64,000 nucleotides of DNA. Source: Wickerhamiella versatilis. Lineage: Eukaryota. Each line of letters begins with the position of its first letter. The first letter of the stretch is position 1. The notes beneath the pieces are model-generated. The model made no database searches. It saw nothing but the letters and a program-made list of their open reading frames with translations, and was not told the origin of the DNA. Location: the NCBI GenBank assembly GCA_030867685.1, contig JAQOWU010000007.1, positions 1,488,001 through 1,552,000 of the forward strand, written 5' to 3'. Of this stretch, positions 42,616 to 52,803 are shown piece by piece. The position numbers and the translations under genes were made by a program.

Positions 42616-44001
42616 ATGCTGAGACTCCTGGGAATTTTTGCCACGTCTTTGGCACTAGAGTCTGTTACCATTAGCGGTAATGCTTTCTACAACGGAACTG
42701 ATAGCCGGTTTTACATTCGCGGTATAGATTACCAGCCTGGTGGCTCCTCGAACCTCACGGATCCGCTGTCTGATGAGTCGCTTTGCAAACGAGACATCCC
42801 ATACTTCAAGGAATTGGGTGTCAATACAGTCCGTATCTACACCGCAGACAATAGTCAGGATCACACGACTTGTATGAATCTCCTCGCGGATGCTGGTATA
42901 TATGTACTTCTGGATGTGAACACACCGCATCAGAGTCTCAATCGTATGAACGAGGACTCGCTGAAAGCCAGTTACAATGCTGGGTATCTACAACACATTT
43001 TTGCCACGGTCGATTCGTTCATGGCTTATTCGAATACATTGGGGTTTCTTGCTGCAAACGAAGTAATTAATGATGATAAGTCAACAATTGCTGCACCATA
43101 TATCAAAGCAGTTGTACGGGACTTAAAGAACTACATCAAGAACCATGCTAATCGCACGATTCCTGTGGGATATGCGGCTGCCGACATTGTGCAGAATAGA
43201 TGGCAGCAGATGGAATACTTGAACTGTGGTGACAATGAAACTGAACGCATTGACATGTTTGGTATGAATGACTACAGTTTCTGCGATTCGAGTTTCGAAC
43301 AGAGCGGTTGGTCTCAGAACGTTCAAGAGTATGGCGACTATAGTGTCCCTGTATTTTTGAGCGAATATGGCTGCAATAAGCATCTTCCGCGAAAATTCCC
43401 AGAGGTCGCATCATTATATTCAGACAAGATGAGTTCAGTTTATTCTGGTGGCCTAGTTTATGAGTATTCCGAGGAGGAAAACCACTACGGGCTTGTGAGG
43501 GTTAATGGTGACTCGGTAGATGTCAAGGAAGATTTCAACAATCTAAAGTCACAGCTAGCAGCTAATCCTGACCCAACAGGCTCGGCAGGTGCTGAGACGA
43601 CGCGTCAACCTGCAAGCTGTCCTACGTATGAGAAAGGGAAATGGGATGTCCAAAATGACAATCCTCCATCAATGCCAACGGATGCAGAATATATACTCAA
43701 ACATGGAGCTGGCTGGGGTCTTGGTTTCGACGCTCCAGATACTCAGTCGGGTAACCCACTTTCCGATGAGCAGCTTGCACCTGGCAATACTACCAGCAGT
43801 AGCAGTAGCTCTAGCAGCAGCACCGCTACCGGCAACAAGTCCTCTTCGACCTCTCTATCTACATCTTCAATAACCAGTGGCGATACCACCTCCTCAGCTA
43901 TATCGCAATCCTCGACAGGATCCTCTAATTCGAGCGACGGTGCCCAGGTTACCACTATAGCGCTGTCGGTTATTGCCGCAGCACTACTCCAATTTCTTTA
44001 A
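42616..44001 (+). CDS. GH72 beta-1,3-glucanosyltransferase without Cys-box (Gas5/Pga4-like), GPI-anchored
   Basis: FYIRGIDYQPGG, ANEVIN, FLSEYGCN, SGGLVYEY, Ser-rich tail and hydrophobic end. ATG at 42616. Confidence 0.93.
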   Translation: MLRLLGIFATSLALESVTISGNAFYNGTDSRFYIRGIDYQPGGSSNLTDPLSDESLCKRDIPYFKELGVNTVRIYTADNSQDHTTCMNLLADAGIYVLLDVNTPHQSLNRMNEDSLKASYNAGYLQHIFATVDSFMAYSNTLGFLAANEVINDDKSTIAAPYIKAVVRDLKNYIKNHANRTIPVGYAAADIVQNRWQQMEYLNCGDNETERIDMFGMNDYSFCDSSFEQSGWSQNVQEYGDYSVPVFLSEYGCNKHLPRKFPEVASLYSDKMSSVYSGGLVYEYSEEENHYGLVRVNGDSVDVKEDFNNLKSQLAANPDPTGSAGAETTRQPASCPTYEKGKWDVQNDNPPSMPTDAEYILKHGAGWGLGFDAPDTQSGNPLSDEQLAPGNTTSSSSSSSSSTATGNKSSSTSLSTSSITSGDTTSSAISQSSTGSSNSSDGAQVTTIALSVIAAALLQFL

Positions 44002-44293
44002 TTGACACTTACTATTTTCCCTGATAATTTAAAGAACATAATCTTACCTTAAGTACACGGACATAATTTTATTGTAATTCTATATGAAGTATTCGGAGAA
44101 AAAAGACTTTTGAATTCAATATACCGAAATATTCGCCGGTTTCCCAATCTAATCAACATGTAATTGACATATTTAGGATCCACATTACTAACATTATCAT
44201 AATCAGATATATGATTACATACCAAGGGCCTAGGGCTTCACATAGCACTAGCACTCAGGAGATGGTAGCGAGCTGGTTAGAGCATCTATTGTC

Positions 44294-44881
44294 ATGGCGG
44301 GTGCGGCTAACAAGATCCTTAATTCGGACCCAAGCGAGTTGGAACTGAAGGTGGCTCAGGCTCTTGTTGAGCTTGAGTCTACGACTGATTTGAAGGCTGA
44401 TATCCGGTCTCTCCAGGTCAAGTCTGCCCGTGAAATTGCTACTGGCAAGGGCAAGGCAGCCATCATCATTTTCGTGCCAGTGTCGCAGCTCTCGCAGCTC
44501 CACAAGCAGCAGCAGAAGCAGCAGCGTTTGGTTCGTGAACTCGAGAAGAAGTTCTCTGACCGTCACGTCATCTTCCTTGGTGACCGTCGCATCTTGCCCA
44601 AGCCAGGCCGCAAGCGTGCGAAGAAGGACCAGAAGCGCCCTCGTTCGCGTACTTTGACTGCTGTCTACGATGCCATTCTGGATGACTTGGTCTTCCCAAC
44701 TGACATCACCGCTAAGCGTTGCCGCTACCAGGTTGGCGGTGCCAAGCTTCACAAGGTTTTCCTCGACCCTAAGGAGTTCGCCTCTGTCGACCATAAGATT
44801 GACTCTTTCGCTTCCGTTTACAACAAGCTTACTGGTAAGGACGTGACATTCTTGGTCGGTCAGAAGTCGGAGGTTCACTAA
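44294..44881 (+). CDS. RPS7: 40S ribosomal protein eS7, intronless
   Basis: RELEKKFSDRHV, RRILPKP, QKRPRSRTLTAV. Strong codon bias. Confidence 0.97.
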   Translation: MAGAANKILNSDPSELELKVAQALVELESTTDLKADIRSLQVKSAREIATGKGKAAIIIFVPVSQLSQLHKQQQKQQRLVRELEKKFSDRHVIFLGDRRILPKPGRKRAKKDQKRPRSRTLTAVYDAILDDLVFPTDITAKRCRYQVGGAKLHKVFLDPKEFASVDHKIDSFASVYNKLTGKDVTFLVGQKSEVH

Positions 44882-45082
44882 AATGCTTCAGGGCGTGGAT
44901 AAGTAATGTATTGAGATCTATAGTATCTACGAATAGCTGAAAACTTAAACTACTGCATTCCTGCACGACTTGACGTGTTAGCTTATAATTGTGTATATGA
45001 GTAGAAATATACATGTTATAAGTTTAGGATAAAGATTCGCAAAGTTAAGCCTTATATTATTATCATTGAACATTAGAAACGA

Positions 45083-46933
45083 CTAGGAAGTGCTACGAAC
45101 AATCCTAGGAGGGGGTGGGCCATGCTTTTCCAATTGTTCTAAAAACACAGCTGCCAAAAACCCCGGTAGGCTTTTCTTTTCTTGAATCCAGAATCGATAC
45201 TGATCTTCGAACTGGCGAACTATTGAAGTCCAGGCAATATCGACATAACATTTTTTGTCTGGATCATATACAAACTCAAAAGCCTGGGCCGCATCATGAA
45301 GGGCCCAAGCCGGCTTGAGCACCGCATCGCGGCTTTCCAACACCTCAACGCTATATCCAAGAAGATCTACACAAGCGGCATCAAGTTCATGTTTCATCAC
45401 GCGAAAGGCGGTAGCGATTCGCTTCGCTCTCTGCTCGTGCCTTTCTAGTGCAGTTTGTGCTGCTTTGAGTTGCTCCGACAATACTTCAACTGTTGCCGAA
45501 GGCATTCCTAACGCACCCTTATCGGATCCTGAGAGCTGCTCTCGAAGCGCTTTGTTCTCTTCCTCCAGTTTGGCACACAGCCGAAGTCGCGGACCGACCA
45601 CTTCTTCGTAACTACTGCCTCTAGCCTCTAGAACACGGTATCTTTTTTGCTCTGTATTGAGCTTGGCCAATTCTGCCTTAAGTCCCTCAATTTCCCGCTC
45701 CCTCATGGCGAGGGCAGCCGAGAGATTGGGACGTGACGGGCTCTCACTACTAAGGCGACGCCTCTTTGCCGCCGAATTAATTCGTAGCTTTTCAGCCTCA
45801 TCGGAAGCCGCTCTTGCTTTACGATCGAGTTCAGCCAACTCAGAATCCTGGGTACCCAACCTTTGCTCAAGAAGCTCAACTTTCTTCTGATAAGCAGCCA
45901 CCGAAACTTGCAGTTGTGCCCGAGCGCCTTTTTCTACATCTGCCGATTCACGAGCCTCAGCGAGTTCATGTTGCAAGCTATCTATGAAGTCATTATCTCT
46001 CGCAATTCTCAGTTCATCTCGCAGTGCTTCGACCGTTTGGCTTAACACTCGGGATTCAGCCTGGGCAGCTGCCAAGGCCCGCACCACATCGACCGGCGAT
46101 GTAGCAGCAGGATCATGTTCATCTAAGTATGAAGCCCATTCAGTGCGCTCATTGGTAAGGGCAATTCGCGCTATATCAGCGTCCCTCAATTTCTTTGCTA
46201 GTTCATCCCGTTCCTCTTCGACAAAAGTGACTTTACTTCGTAGAGTCCGAATTTGTTCCTCCAGAATGCGCATTTCAGTTTCAGAGGCAGAACATCGATC
46301 CAATCGCGACTTCAAAGTCAGTAACTCTGAGTTAAGTCGTCGATTTGCCGTAACCGCAGCATCGAGTGCCTTACGATCCGCATCATCCACTGCAGAAGAA
46401 GCATTCATCTGGCGCTGAGCTTCCAACGTACTTTCCAACTCAGCTATGGTTACATCCCGTTTTTGAATGCAAGCAGTGGTGTTGTCCAGCCGAGCTTGTA
46501 ACTCCTCATTTAAGGACCGCGCATGGATCTCCCTTTCTTTGGCTGCTAGGTCGGCAAGCTGAGTAGCCTGGTTAGCTGAGCGCACGTCTTCCTCTGCGGT
46601 CTTCAGGGCGGCTTTGGTTCTCGAGAGCTCGTTCTGCGTTTCAGTATTTTGTGTGCGTATCTTTTCTGACTCGGCCATTTCTGAATCTATGGTAGCTTTA
46701 AGTTCGTTTTCTCGAGATTCAAATAGTTCGAAAGCCCGAGCCAGGTCCGATTCAAGGTCGTGTTTAGCCGTCCGAGCTTTATCAAGGTCCACTTGGAGAC
46801 TAGACACTGAGTGGGAGAGTCCAGCATTTTCACGGGTCAGGCGGGTGTTTTCTGTGGTCAATTCCCAGAGCCGACGCCGCATTTGCCTTCCACCAACATC
46901 TCTACCAGACAGCTCCACAGAGGTGTCGCCCAT
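45083..46933 (-). CDS. MAD1: Spindle assembly checkpoint protein Mad1
   Basis: Long coiled coil, YRVLE Mad2-binding-like motif, LLGY and SLPGFLAAVFLE C-terminal-domain motifs. Confidence 0.8.
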   Translation of the reverse strand: MGDTSVELSGRDVGGRQMRRRLWELTTENTRLTRENAGLSHSVSSLQVDLDKARTAKHDLESDLARAFELFESRENELKATIDSEMAESEKIRTQNTETQNELSRTKAALKTAEEDVRSANQATQLADLAAKEREIHARSLNEELQARLDNTTACIQKRDVTIAELESTLEAQRQMNASSAVDDADRKALDAAVTANRRLNSELLTLKSRLDRCSASETEMRILEEQIRTLRSKVTFVEEERDELAKKLRDADIARIALTNERTEWASYLDEHDPAATSPVDVVRALAAAQAESRVLSQTVEALRDELRIARDNDFIDSLQHELAEARESADVEKGARAQLQVSVAAYQKKVELLEQRLGTQDSELAELDRKARAASDEAEKLRINSAAKRRRLSSESPSRPNLSAALAMREREIEGLKAELAKLNTEQKRYRVLEARGSSYEEVVGPRLRLCAKLEEENKALREQLSGSDKGALGMPSATVEVLSEQLKAAQTALERHEQRAKRIATAFRVMKHELDAACVDLLGYSVEVLESRDAVLKPAWALHDAAQAFEFVYDPDKKCYVDIAWTSIVRQFEDQYRFWIQEKKSLPGFLAAVFLEQLEKHGPPPPRIVRSTS

Positions 46934-47358
46934 GCTTACCCAACCTGCAGGTGCACCTCCTCACCCATATACTGATGATAGCATTGGACACAGACGTTTA
47001 GGAGCCATCGTGCTTCCATCATGTAGATATCGGTATCTAAATCCAAGACTTCCAGCCTCTAAAACTATGAAAATGATGCTCAATTCTCTCTACATACGGA
47101 GGGGCATAGTATTGAATTTTAGCACCTTGAAGTGTACATCCAGCACCCACGAAATTTTTGAAGGATTGACAAAAAATTTTGACAATATGAAAAATAAAAT
47201 CTAATCTAGATAGTGCCTCGATATCCGCATCCATAACGCGAGGAATCTCTCGAAACATGCCGCATGACTAATATATTTATCAATTTTAGGGCTTAAGCCC
47301 CATACACCACACCTACTCTGCCGTACCAGCGAGCGACTGACTAGCACCCTATTCTAAG

Positions 47359-48153
47359 ATGTCCTCTGCTTCTGTGTTGAGCCTGACGGAGGCTGATGCG
47401 CAGCTTTTGCTGGCTGCACAGGTGCACCTTGGTTCCCATAATGTCCAGAAGCACAACGAACTCTACCTCGCTGGTAAGCGTGCCGACGGTGTGAGTGTTA
47501 TCCGATTTGACTCCACCTGGGAGAAGATCGTTTTGGCCGCACGTATCATCGCTGCTATCCCCAATCCAGCTGATATTGTTGCCGTCTCTGCCCGTACCTA
47601 CGGTCAGCGTGCCGTCCTGAAGTTCGGCTCTCACACCGGTGCTACTTCGCTGGCAGGCCGTTTCACTCCTGGTAATTTCACCAACTACATCACCCGCAGC
47701 TTCAAGGAGCCACGTCTCATCATTGTGACTGACCCCCGTACTGACTTCCAGGCCATCCGGGAAGCTTCCTACGTGAACATCCCCGTGATTGCTCTTTGCG
47801 ACCTTGACAGTCCTCTGCAGTACGTGGATGTCGCTATTCCCTGCAACAACAAGTCCAAGCACTCTCTTGGTCTTGTCTGGTGGCTTCTTGCCCGTGAGGT
47901 TCTCCGCATCCGCGGTGAGCTCTCTCGCGACCAGGAGTGGAGTGTCATGCCCGACTTGTATTTCTACCGTGACCCTGAGGAGGTCGAGGCTCCAGTCGCC
48001 GCTGAGGAGACCGTTGAGGGTGTCGCTGAGGCTTACCCAGCTGCTGAGGTTGAGCCAGCGCATATGCCGGAGTGGGATGTCGGTACCGACGCTGCTGCTG
48101 GCGCACAGGACTGGGCCGAAGAGGAGAACTGGAACGCGCAGGCCACTGCCTAA
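47359..48153 (+). CDS. RPS0: 40S ribosomal protein uS2, intronless
   Basis: [41 protein letters not shown]. Confidence 0.98.
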   Translation: MSSASVLSLTEADAQLLLAAQVHLGSHNVQKHNELYLAGKRADGVSVIRFDSTWEKIVLAARIIAAIPNPADIVAVSARTYGQRAVLKFGSHTGATSLAGRFTPGNFTNYITRSFKEPRLIIVTDPRTDFQAIREASYVNIPVIALCDLDSPLQYVDVAIPCNNKSKHSLGLVWWLLAREVLRIRGELSRDQEWSVMPDLYFYRDPEEVEAPVAAEETVEGVAEAYPAAEVEPAHMPEWDVGTDAAAGAQDWAEEENWNAQATA

Positions 48154-48653
48154 GCGTTTCTGACTGGCTTAAAAGAACAGATTATATATCATGGCTAATA
48201 GGCGAAGACATCAAATTACTACCATTTAAGCTATTTCTATGATCACGATGTGCTGCTAGGTCCGCTAGTGCCGCGTGGTCAAGTGGTTAATATTTCGTCT
48301 ATGATTCCTCGGGGGTTTTTGCAGCAATCAATTTTCAGCCGATAACGGGATCCATCCATACTATGCAACTAACAAACATGGACATATACTAACAGGTATT
48401 GTAGCTATAGAAGGCTAGAAAATCATTGGAATGCCTAAATTTAAAAAGACTAATCGCTCGATGCATACTGCCTCGACCCAAGGTTGTTGGGAATATCATC
48501 GGCAGGTCACAAGACCGGAAACAAACCTTGTAGTCAGTTTGAAATTTGACGGCAAAGTTGGGAATAGGGCTACTTTAAGCTACAAGCAAAGAAAATCTCT
48601 ATCTACGGTCCTTTCCACCTCCATCTCACGGTCTTTAGCCATCCTGTACTTAT

Positions 48654-48736
48654 CTCCACCACCCCCCGTCCCCGCCTGGTGGGGCTGGGGAGGACCAAAT
48701 TTTCGAGGCAGGAGGGTTCTTAGTAACTCACGTGAC
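48654..48736. promoter_or_regulatory. Cluster of four SYGGRG (Mig1/CreA) sites plus TCACGTGAC
   Basis: CTCCAC 48654, CCCCGC 48670, GTGGGG 48679, CTGGGG 48685, E-box 48728-48736. Confidence 0.45.
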
Positions 48737-48800
48737 AAGTGCACTCACTGTAGTTCAAAAAAATAGCGTAATCAATAATAACATTAATTAGGGAGTGGGG

Positions 48801-49481
48801 ATGCCAGCGCACCGTGCGCGGGATGAGTTTAATGGCGTTCGTGGCACACGGTCAGCCTCTGTTCATTCGTCGGTGCCACATCTTTCTCGAAAATTTGTTG
48901 CCCGACGAATATCTGAAGGTGAAACCGGCCGGCTGAAGGAGGAGTTGAAGTGCCAGGCCTGCGGTAAAGGCTACAAGCACGTCTCTTCACTTGCAAAGCA
49001 TCTCTGGGAACACACACCAGAATGGAATGTGACCTCAAAGCTCCTCATTTCAAAACATCAGCAGGTACAGCTCTTGGAGGCAGCCTCTATCCTAGTGTCC
49101 ATGAACGAGCAAAATGACTCTGAAGACGATGATGAACTGGAGCCAGTGTTTTCTGAAGCGAAGTCAGCTCCCATCAATCGGTCGTCACTGCTGGATTCGA
49201 TGACTACTGATGTTGATGGTTCCAGTGGCTCCAATAGTGCGGTAACCAGCAAATATTCGAGCCCCGAGAGCACACATTCAACCGAAATACGCGAAAAACA
49301 GGCCAAGGGCCAAAGAACGAGGCGGATCTCTTCAAATGTGGGAGCTTCTCCAGGGCCCGGCTCTATGCTCTCCATGAGGGCTGGAGCCCCCCCATCGGCA
49401 GATAAAAGGAACGAAACGGCATTGTATGATGAGAATGAGGATGGGTTACAGGATCCTCCAGTGTTTGGTGAGATGGAATAA
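48801..49481 (+). CDS. Single C2H2 zinc-finger protein of a conserved fungal type
   Basis: RRISEG, CQACGKGYKHVSSLAKHLWEH followed by SKLLISKHQQVQLLEAASIL. First ATG at 48801. Confidence 0.85.
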   Translation: MPAHRARDEFNGVRGTRSASVHSSVPHLSRKFVARRISEGETGRLKEELKCQACGKGYKHVSSLAKHLWEHTPEWNVTSKLLISKHQQVQLLEAASILVSMNEQNDSEDDDELEPVFSEAKSAPINRSSLLDSMTTDVDGSSGSNSAVTSKYSSPESTHSTEIREKQAKGQRTRRISSNVGASPGPGSMLSMRAGAPPSADKRNETALYDENEDGLQDPPVFGEME

Positions 49482-49575
49482 TGTTCGTTTTCTCTATTGT
49501 TTTGTAGGGAACGGGAAATTCCTTTCTGCGACTTTCTGAGTCGCTTCGTTACCCCATCACTCCCCAAAAAATCAA

Positions 49576-50166
49576 ATGCGCGCGACAATATTGTTTTTAC
49601 TTGCACATGGGTTTGCGCAATATGATTCATTTTCATTGCACAGCTCCCTGGAGTCTTACACGGAGAATCTTCTCACGGCTACAGCGTATGATCCCACCCC
49701 CGATGAAACTACTACGGCCACGGACATTGGGGTGCCGTCCATCTCCTCTTCGTCTGATGCTGTTGACACAGAAACAAGCTCCGTTGCAGCACCCTCAGTA
49801 ACTTCCAGTCCATTGCCGGAAGCTAGCACAACGTTGACCGCGTCGACATCGAAATCGTCCAGTGCCGGCACTCTTGGTGGACTGACCTCATCACTGGAGT
49901 CGACAAGCAGTGATTTGATTCAGACAAGCCATTTTACCAGCACTCGTGCTAGTTCCTTAGCACTTTCCCTCCCGTCCAGCTGGTCCAATTCGAGCGTGAG
50001 TTATCATCGAGTCACTGCTGTTGTAAATGTGACGCAAACTCATTTCGCTACGGCTTCGGTTTCTCAATGCGGAACTTCCTCGTTGCTAGTTTCGAATGGG
50101 TCAGGAAAGCTATCTATTTCTCTTGTAGCTTGTATGGTCGGGCTAGCTCTATTATTCATGGTTTAG
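49576..50166 (+). CDS. Small Ser/Thr-rich GPI-anchored cell-surface protein
   Basis: Signal peptide, Ser/Thr-rich body, SNGS omega-like site and hydrophobic tail. Confidence 0.8.
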   Translation: MRATILFLLAHGFAQYDSFSLHSSLESYTENLLTATAYDPTPDETTTATDIGVPSISSSSDAVDTETSSVAAPSVTSSPLPEASTTLTASTSKSSSAGTLGGLTSSLESTSSDLIQTSHFTSTRASSLALSLPSSWSNSSVSYHRVTAVVNVTQTHFATASVSQCGTSSLLVSNGSGKLSISLVACMVGLALLFMV

Positions 50167-50325
50167 GTCCAAGCGCAGGCGCTTTATAGTTTTATTATCC
50201 AATTGTAATTATCATAAATTAATCAATTATCGATTCTGGTCATAGTGTGGACTCTCATGTATATGAATATGGGGGTTAACAATAGAAGATTAACTTGACC
50301 TAACAAGTCTCGCTATATACAAAGT

Positions 50326-52587
50326 CTATTGCACGTCCAAGTACTTCTTGAATGCTTCGTGCTCGCTGTCCCGGAATGGTCGCGGGCCTAAAAGTCTTAC
50401 CAGATCAGCCCGGGTCAATTGCTCTTTGGCCAGCAGTTCCTCCGCCACCAACTCAACCAATTCCTTCTTCTCAGTAAGTAGATTCTTACATTGCTCATGG
50501 GCTTGATCTATAATCTGTTTTATCTGCTGATCGACAACAGAATCGGTTGCCGCTGAATAGGACTTTGAAACTGCCCCCTGTGGCCGCTCTAAACGGACAG
50601 TGCCTATTGGGGAGAAGCCAAAGTCGCAGACCATTGCACGCGCAATCCCAGTTATTCTCTTGAAGTCGTCAGAAGCTCCCACCGTCACAGTGTCAAAAAA
50701 TATTTCCTCCGAAACGCGACCGCCCAATGCAACTGTGATAAGATGGTCTAAACGAGAACTGGTTGTTACGTTGATATCTCCCGGAAGAAGCTGCGCATAT
50801 CCTAGTGCGGCTGCTCCGTGGGGGACGATGGTTACCTTAACTAGAGGGTCTGCGTAACGCAGAAACCAACCGGCCACCGCATGACCTGCCTCGTGGTATG
50901 CGACAATCTTCCGCTTGGCGACAGGCAGCACACGGCTTCGACGTTCTAATCCGGCAATTACCCGGTCAATCGCCTGCTCGAAGTGCACCATCTCCACATG
51001 TTTCGCATTAACTCTTGCTGCAGCAAGTGCTGCCTCATTGCAACAATTTGCAATATCGGCACCACTGAACCCAGGGGTCATCGCTGACAATTTACCACTG
51101 AGCTCGGCAATATTTTTGTCGTGAACGATACTCTTCAAATGTACATCATAAATCTCGCGACGTCCTTCCAGCGTAGGAAGGTCAATTTGGATGTTTCTGT
51201 CGAATCTGCCGGGACGCAGCAGAGCCTTGTCGAGCATATCGGCACGGTTCGTGCCAGCCAGGATAACGACGTGCTCGTCCGAACTAAATCCATCCATCTC
51301 TACCAGCAGCTGATTCAATGTGGACTCTCGTTCGTCGTTCCCGCCACGGAATCCAGCTCCAGCTCGAGCCTTACCAATGGCATCAATCTCATCGATCCAG
51401 ATCATCGACGGGGTTTTCTCTTTGGCCCGCTTGAAAAGATCTCTTACTCGGGAGGCACCAACACCGCTAAACATTTCGACAAATTCCGAACCTGATACCG
51501 AGAAGAACGGGACGTCGGCCTCTCCTGCCGTTGCCTTCGCCAGTAGTGTCTTACCAGTACCAGGTGGACCGCTCAGAATAGCGCCCCGTGGAATTTTAGC
51601 TCCTAATCTTGTGTATTTTTCAGGCTTTTTAAGGAATTCCACAAATTCCATGACTTCCACCTTTGCCTCGTCCATACCTGCCACGTCCTGGAAACGAACC
51701 CGCACATCCGTAGTAGGGTCATATTTATGCGCTTTGGATTTGCCAATTCCGAAAACACCTCCCATTCCACCTCCTGAACGCTGAGAGGTCCGCCTAGTGA
51801 TCCATACCAGGAATACCAAAAACATAAGCGTGGGGAGAAGGCCAAATATTCCACCAAGTAGAGATCCTTCTTCATTATACAGGACAGGAATGCGATCCTT
51901 AGTTTCGATACCCAAGGCATCTTGGGCCTCCTTAAGGTGTCTTTCAAGGGCATCCACAGATCCAATTGTGAAAACTGCGGCAGGTACTTCAGGATTAGAG
52001 CGTGTATAGACACGCACATAATGGGCATTTATAACTTGAATACGGGAGACCTGGCCCTTGTCGAGGTACTGAGTTTTGAAGTCGTGATAAGTTATCTCAG
52101 GAACGAAGTCACTACCGCCAAGCAAAGACGCCAAGAAGATCGCACCAAAAAAGAACCATAATACGTGATTTAGGTTTATTTTAGTGGCAAAAATGATGTT
52201 TGGATCGTTTTTTTGAGACTCTTTGTCCTTATCTTGCTCGCTTTTGTCCTTTTCGGATCGATGACTACCATCCTCATCCTCATGCGGCTGCTGCTCCGGA
52301 TATGGATCTCTTGCCGAGGAATTTTTCTGGGTTGACTGCTTTTGACTTGCTTCATTTGGATCGTCCTTTCGGCGACGAAGAAGGCGCCATCGGCGATCCC
52401 GTTTCAGCCTTCTAGGCTCCTTTGCGGCCATAACCATCTTTGTGGTACTTAACTGGCGTGAGGCTGTAGGCATCAGCAACAGAGAATTTCTCATCAACGG
52501 CATTATTGTCTGCCGTGTTGACATTCTCGCAGCTGGCGTCAGTAGCGATGCCGCCCGAAAGGCGCCGCCACCGAGCAGACCTGACAT
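50326..52587 (-). CDS. Mitochondrial m-AAA protease subunit (Afg3/Yta12 family)
   Basis: Presequence, two TMs, [24 protein letters not shown]. Confidence 0.95.
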   Translation of the reverse strand: MSGLLGGGAFRAASLLTPAARMSTRQTIMPLMRNSLLLMPTASRQLSTTKMVMAAKEPRRLKRDRRWRLLRRRKDDPNEASQKQSTQKNSSARDPYPEQQPHEDEDGSHRSEKDKSEQDKDKESQKNDPNIIFATKINLNHVLWFFFGAIFLASLLGGSDFVPEITYHDFKTQYLDKGQVSRIQVINAHYVRVYTRSNPEVPAAVFTIGSVDALERHLKEAQDALGIETKDRIPVLYNEEGSLLGGIFGLLPTLMFLVFLVWITRRTSQRSGGGMGGVFGIGKSKAHKYDPTTDVRVRFQDVAGMDEAKVEVMEFVEFLKKPEKYTRLGAKIPRGAILSGPPGTGKTLLAKATAGEADVPFFSVSGSEFVEMFSGVGASRVRDLFKRAKEKTPSMIWIDEIDAIGKARAGAGFRGGNDERESTLNQLLVEMDGFSSDEHVVILAGTNRADMLDKALLRPGRFDRNIQIDLPTLEGRREIYDVHLKSIVHDKNIAELSGKLSAMTPGFSGADIANCCNEAALAAARVNAKHVEMVHFEQAIDRVIAGLERRSRVLPVAKRKIVAYHEAGHAVAGWFLRYADPLVKVTIVPHGAAALGYAQLLPGDINVTTSSRLDHLITVALGGRVSEEIFFDTVTVGASDDFKRITGIARAMVCDFGFSPIGTVRLERPQGAVSKSYSAATDSVVDQQIKQIIDQAHEQCKNLLTEKKELVELVAEELLAKEQLTRADLVRLLGPRPFRDSEHEAFKKYLDVQ

Positions 52588-52803
52588 ACGTAAGCTTAGT
52601 AGTTAAGCTGGCCTGAGGAATATGAAAAGCAACAAACAGCAAAAAAGAACCGATAAAAAGGATTAGAAAACCAATCAAAGAACACAGAGAGTTTGGGCAT
52701 TAATATTCTAAGTATATGTATTTTACTGAATTTGCGTCAAATAACGCATGTATTTATCATTCAATATCTTTAAGGGGATATAGTGTGAGCTGATGCAATG
52801 TTC

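Noticed and set aside
44255..44878. 207-aa antisense ORF over RPS7 (likewise 47341-48063 over RPS0 and alternative frames over the ADP/ATP carrier)
   Set aside because: Expected by-product of strong codon bias in highly expressed genes; no protein-like features.
46936..47022. 28-codon upstream ORF and GTAAGC just before the MAD1 ATG (a 38-nt excision would be in frame)
   Set aside because: No branch site, and the added peptide does not look like Mad1; probably chance.
48387..48395. Perfect TACTAACAG branch/acceptor in intergenic DNA
   Set aside because: No canonical donor between the RPS0 stop and this site, and no convincing downstream exon.
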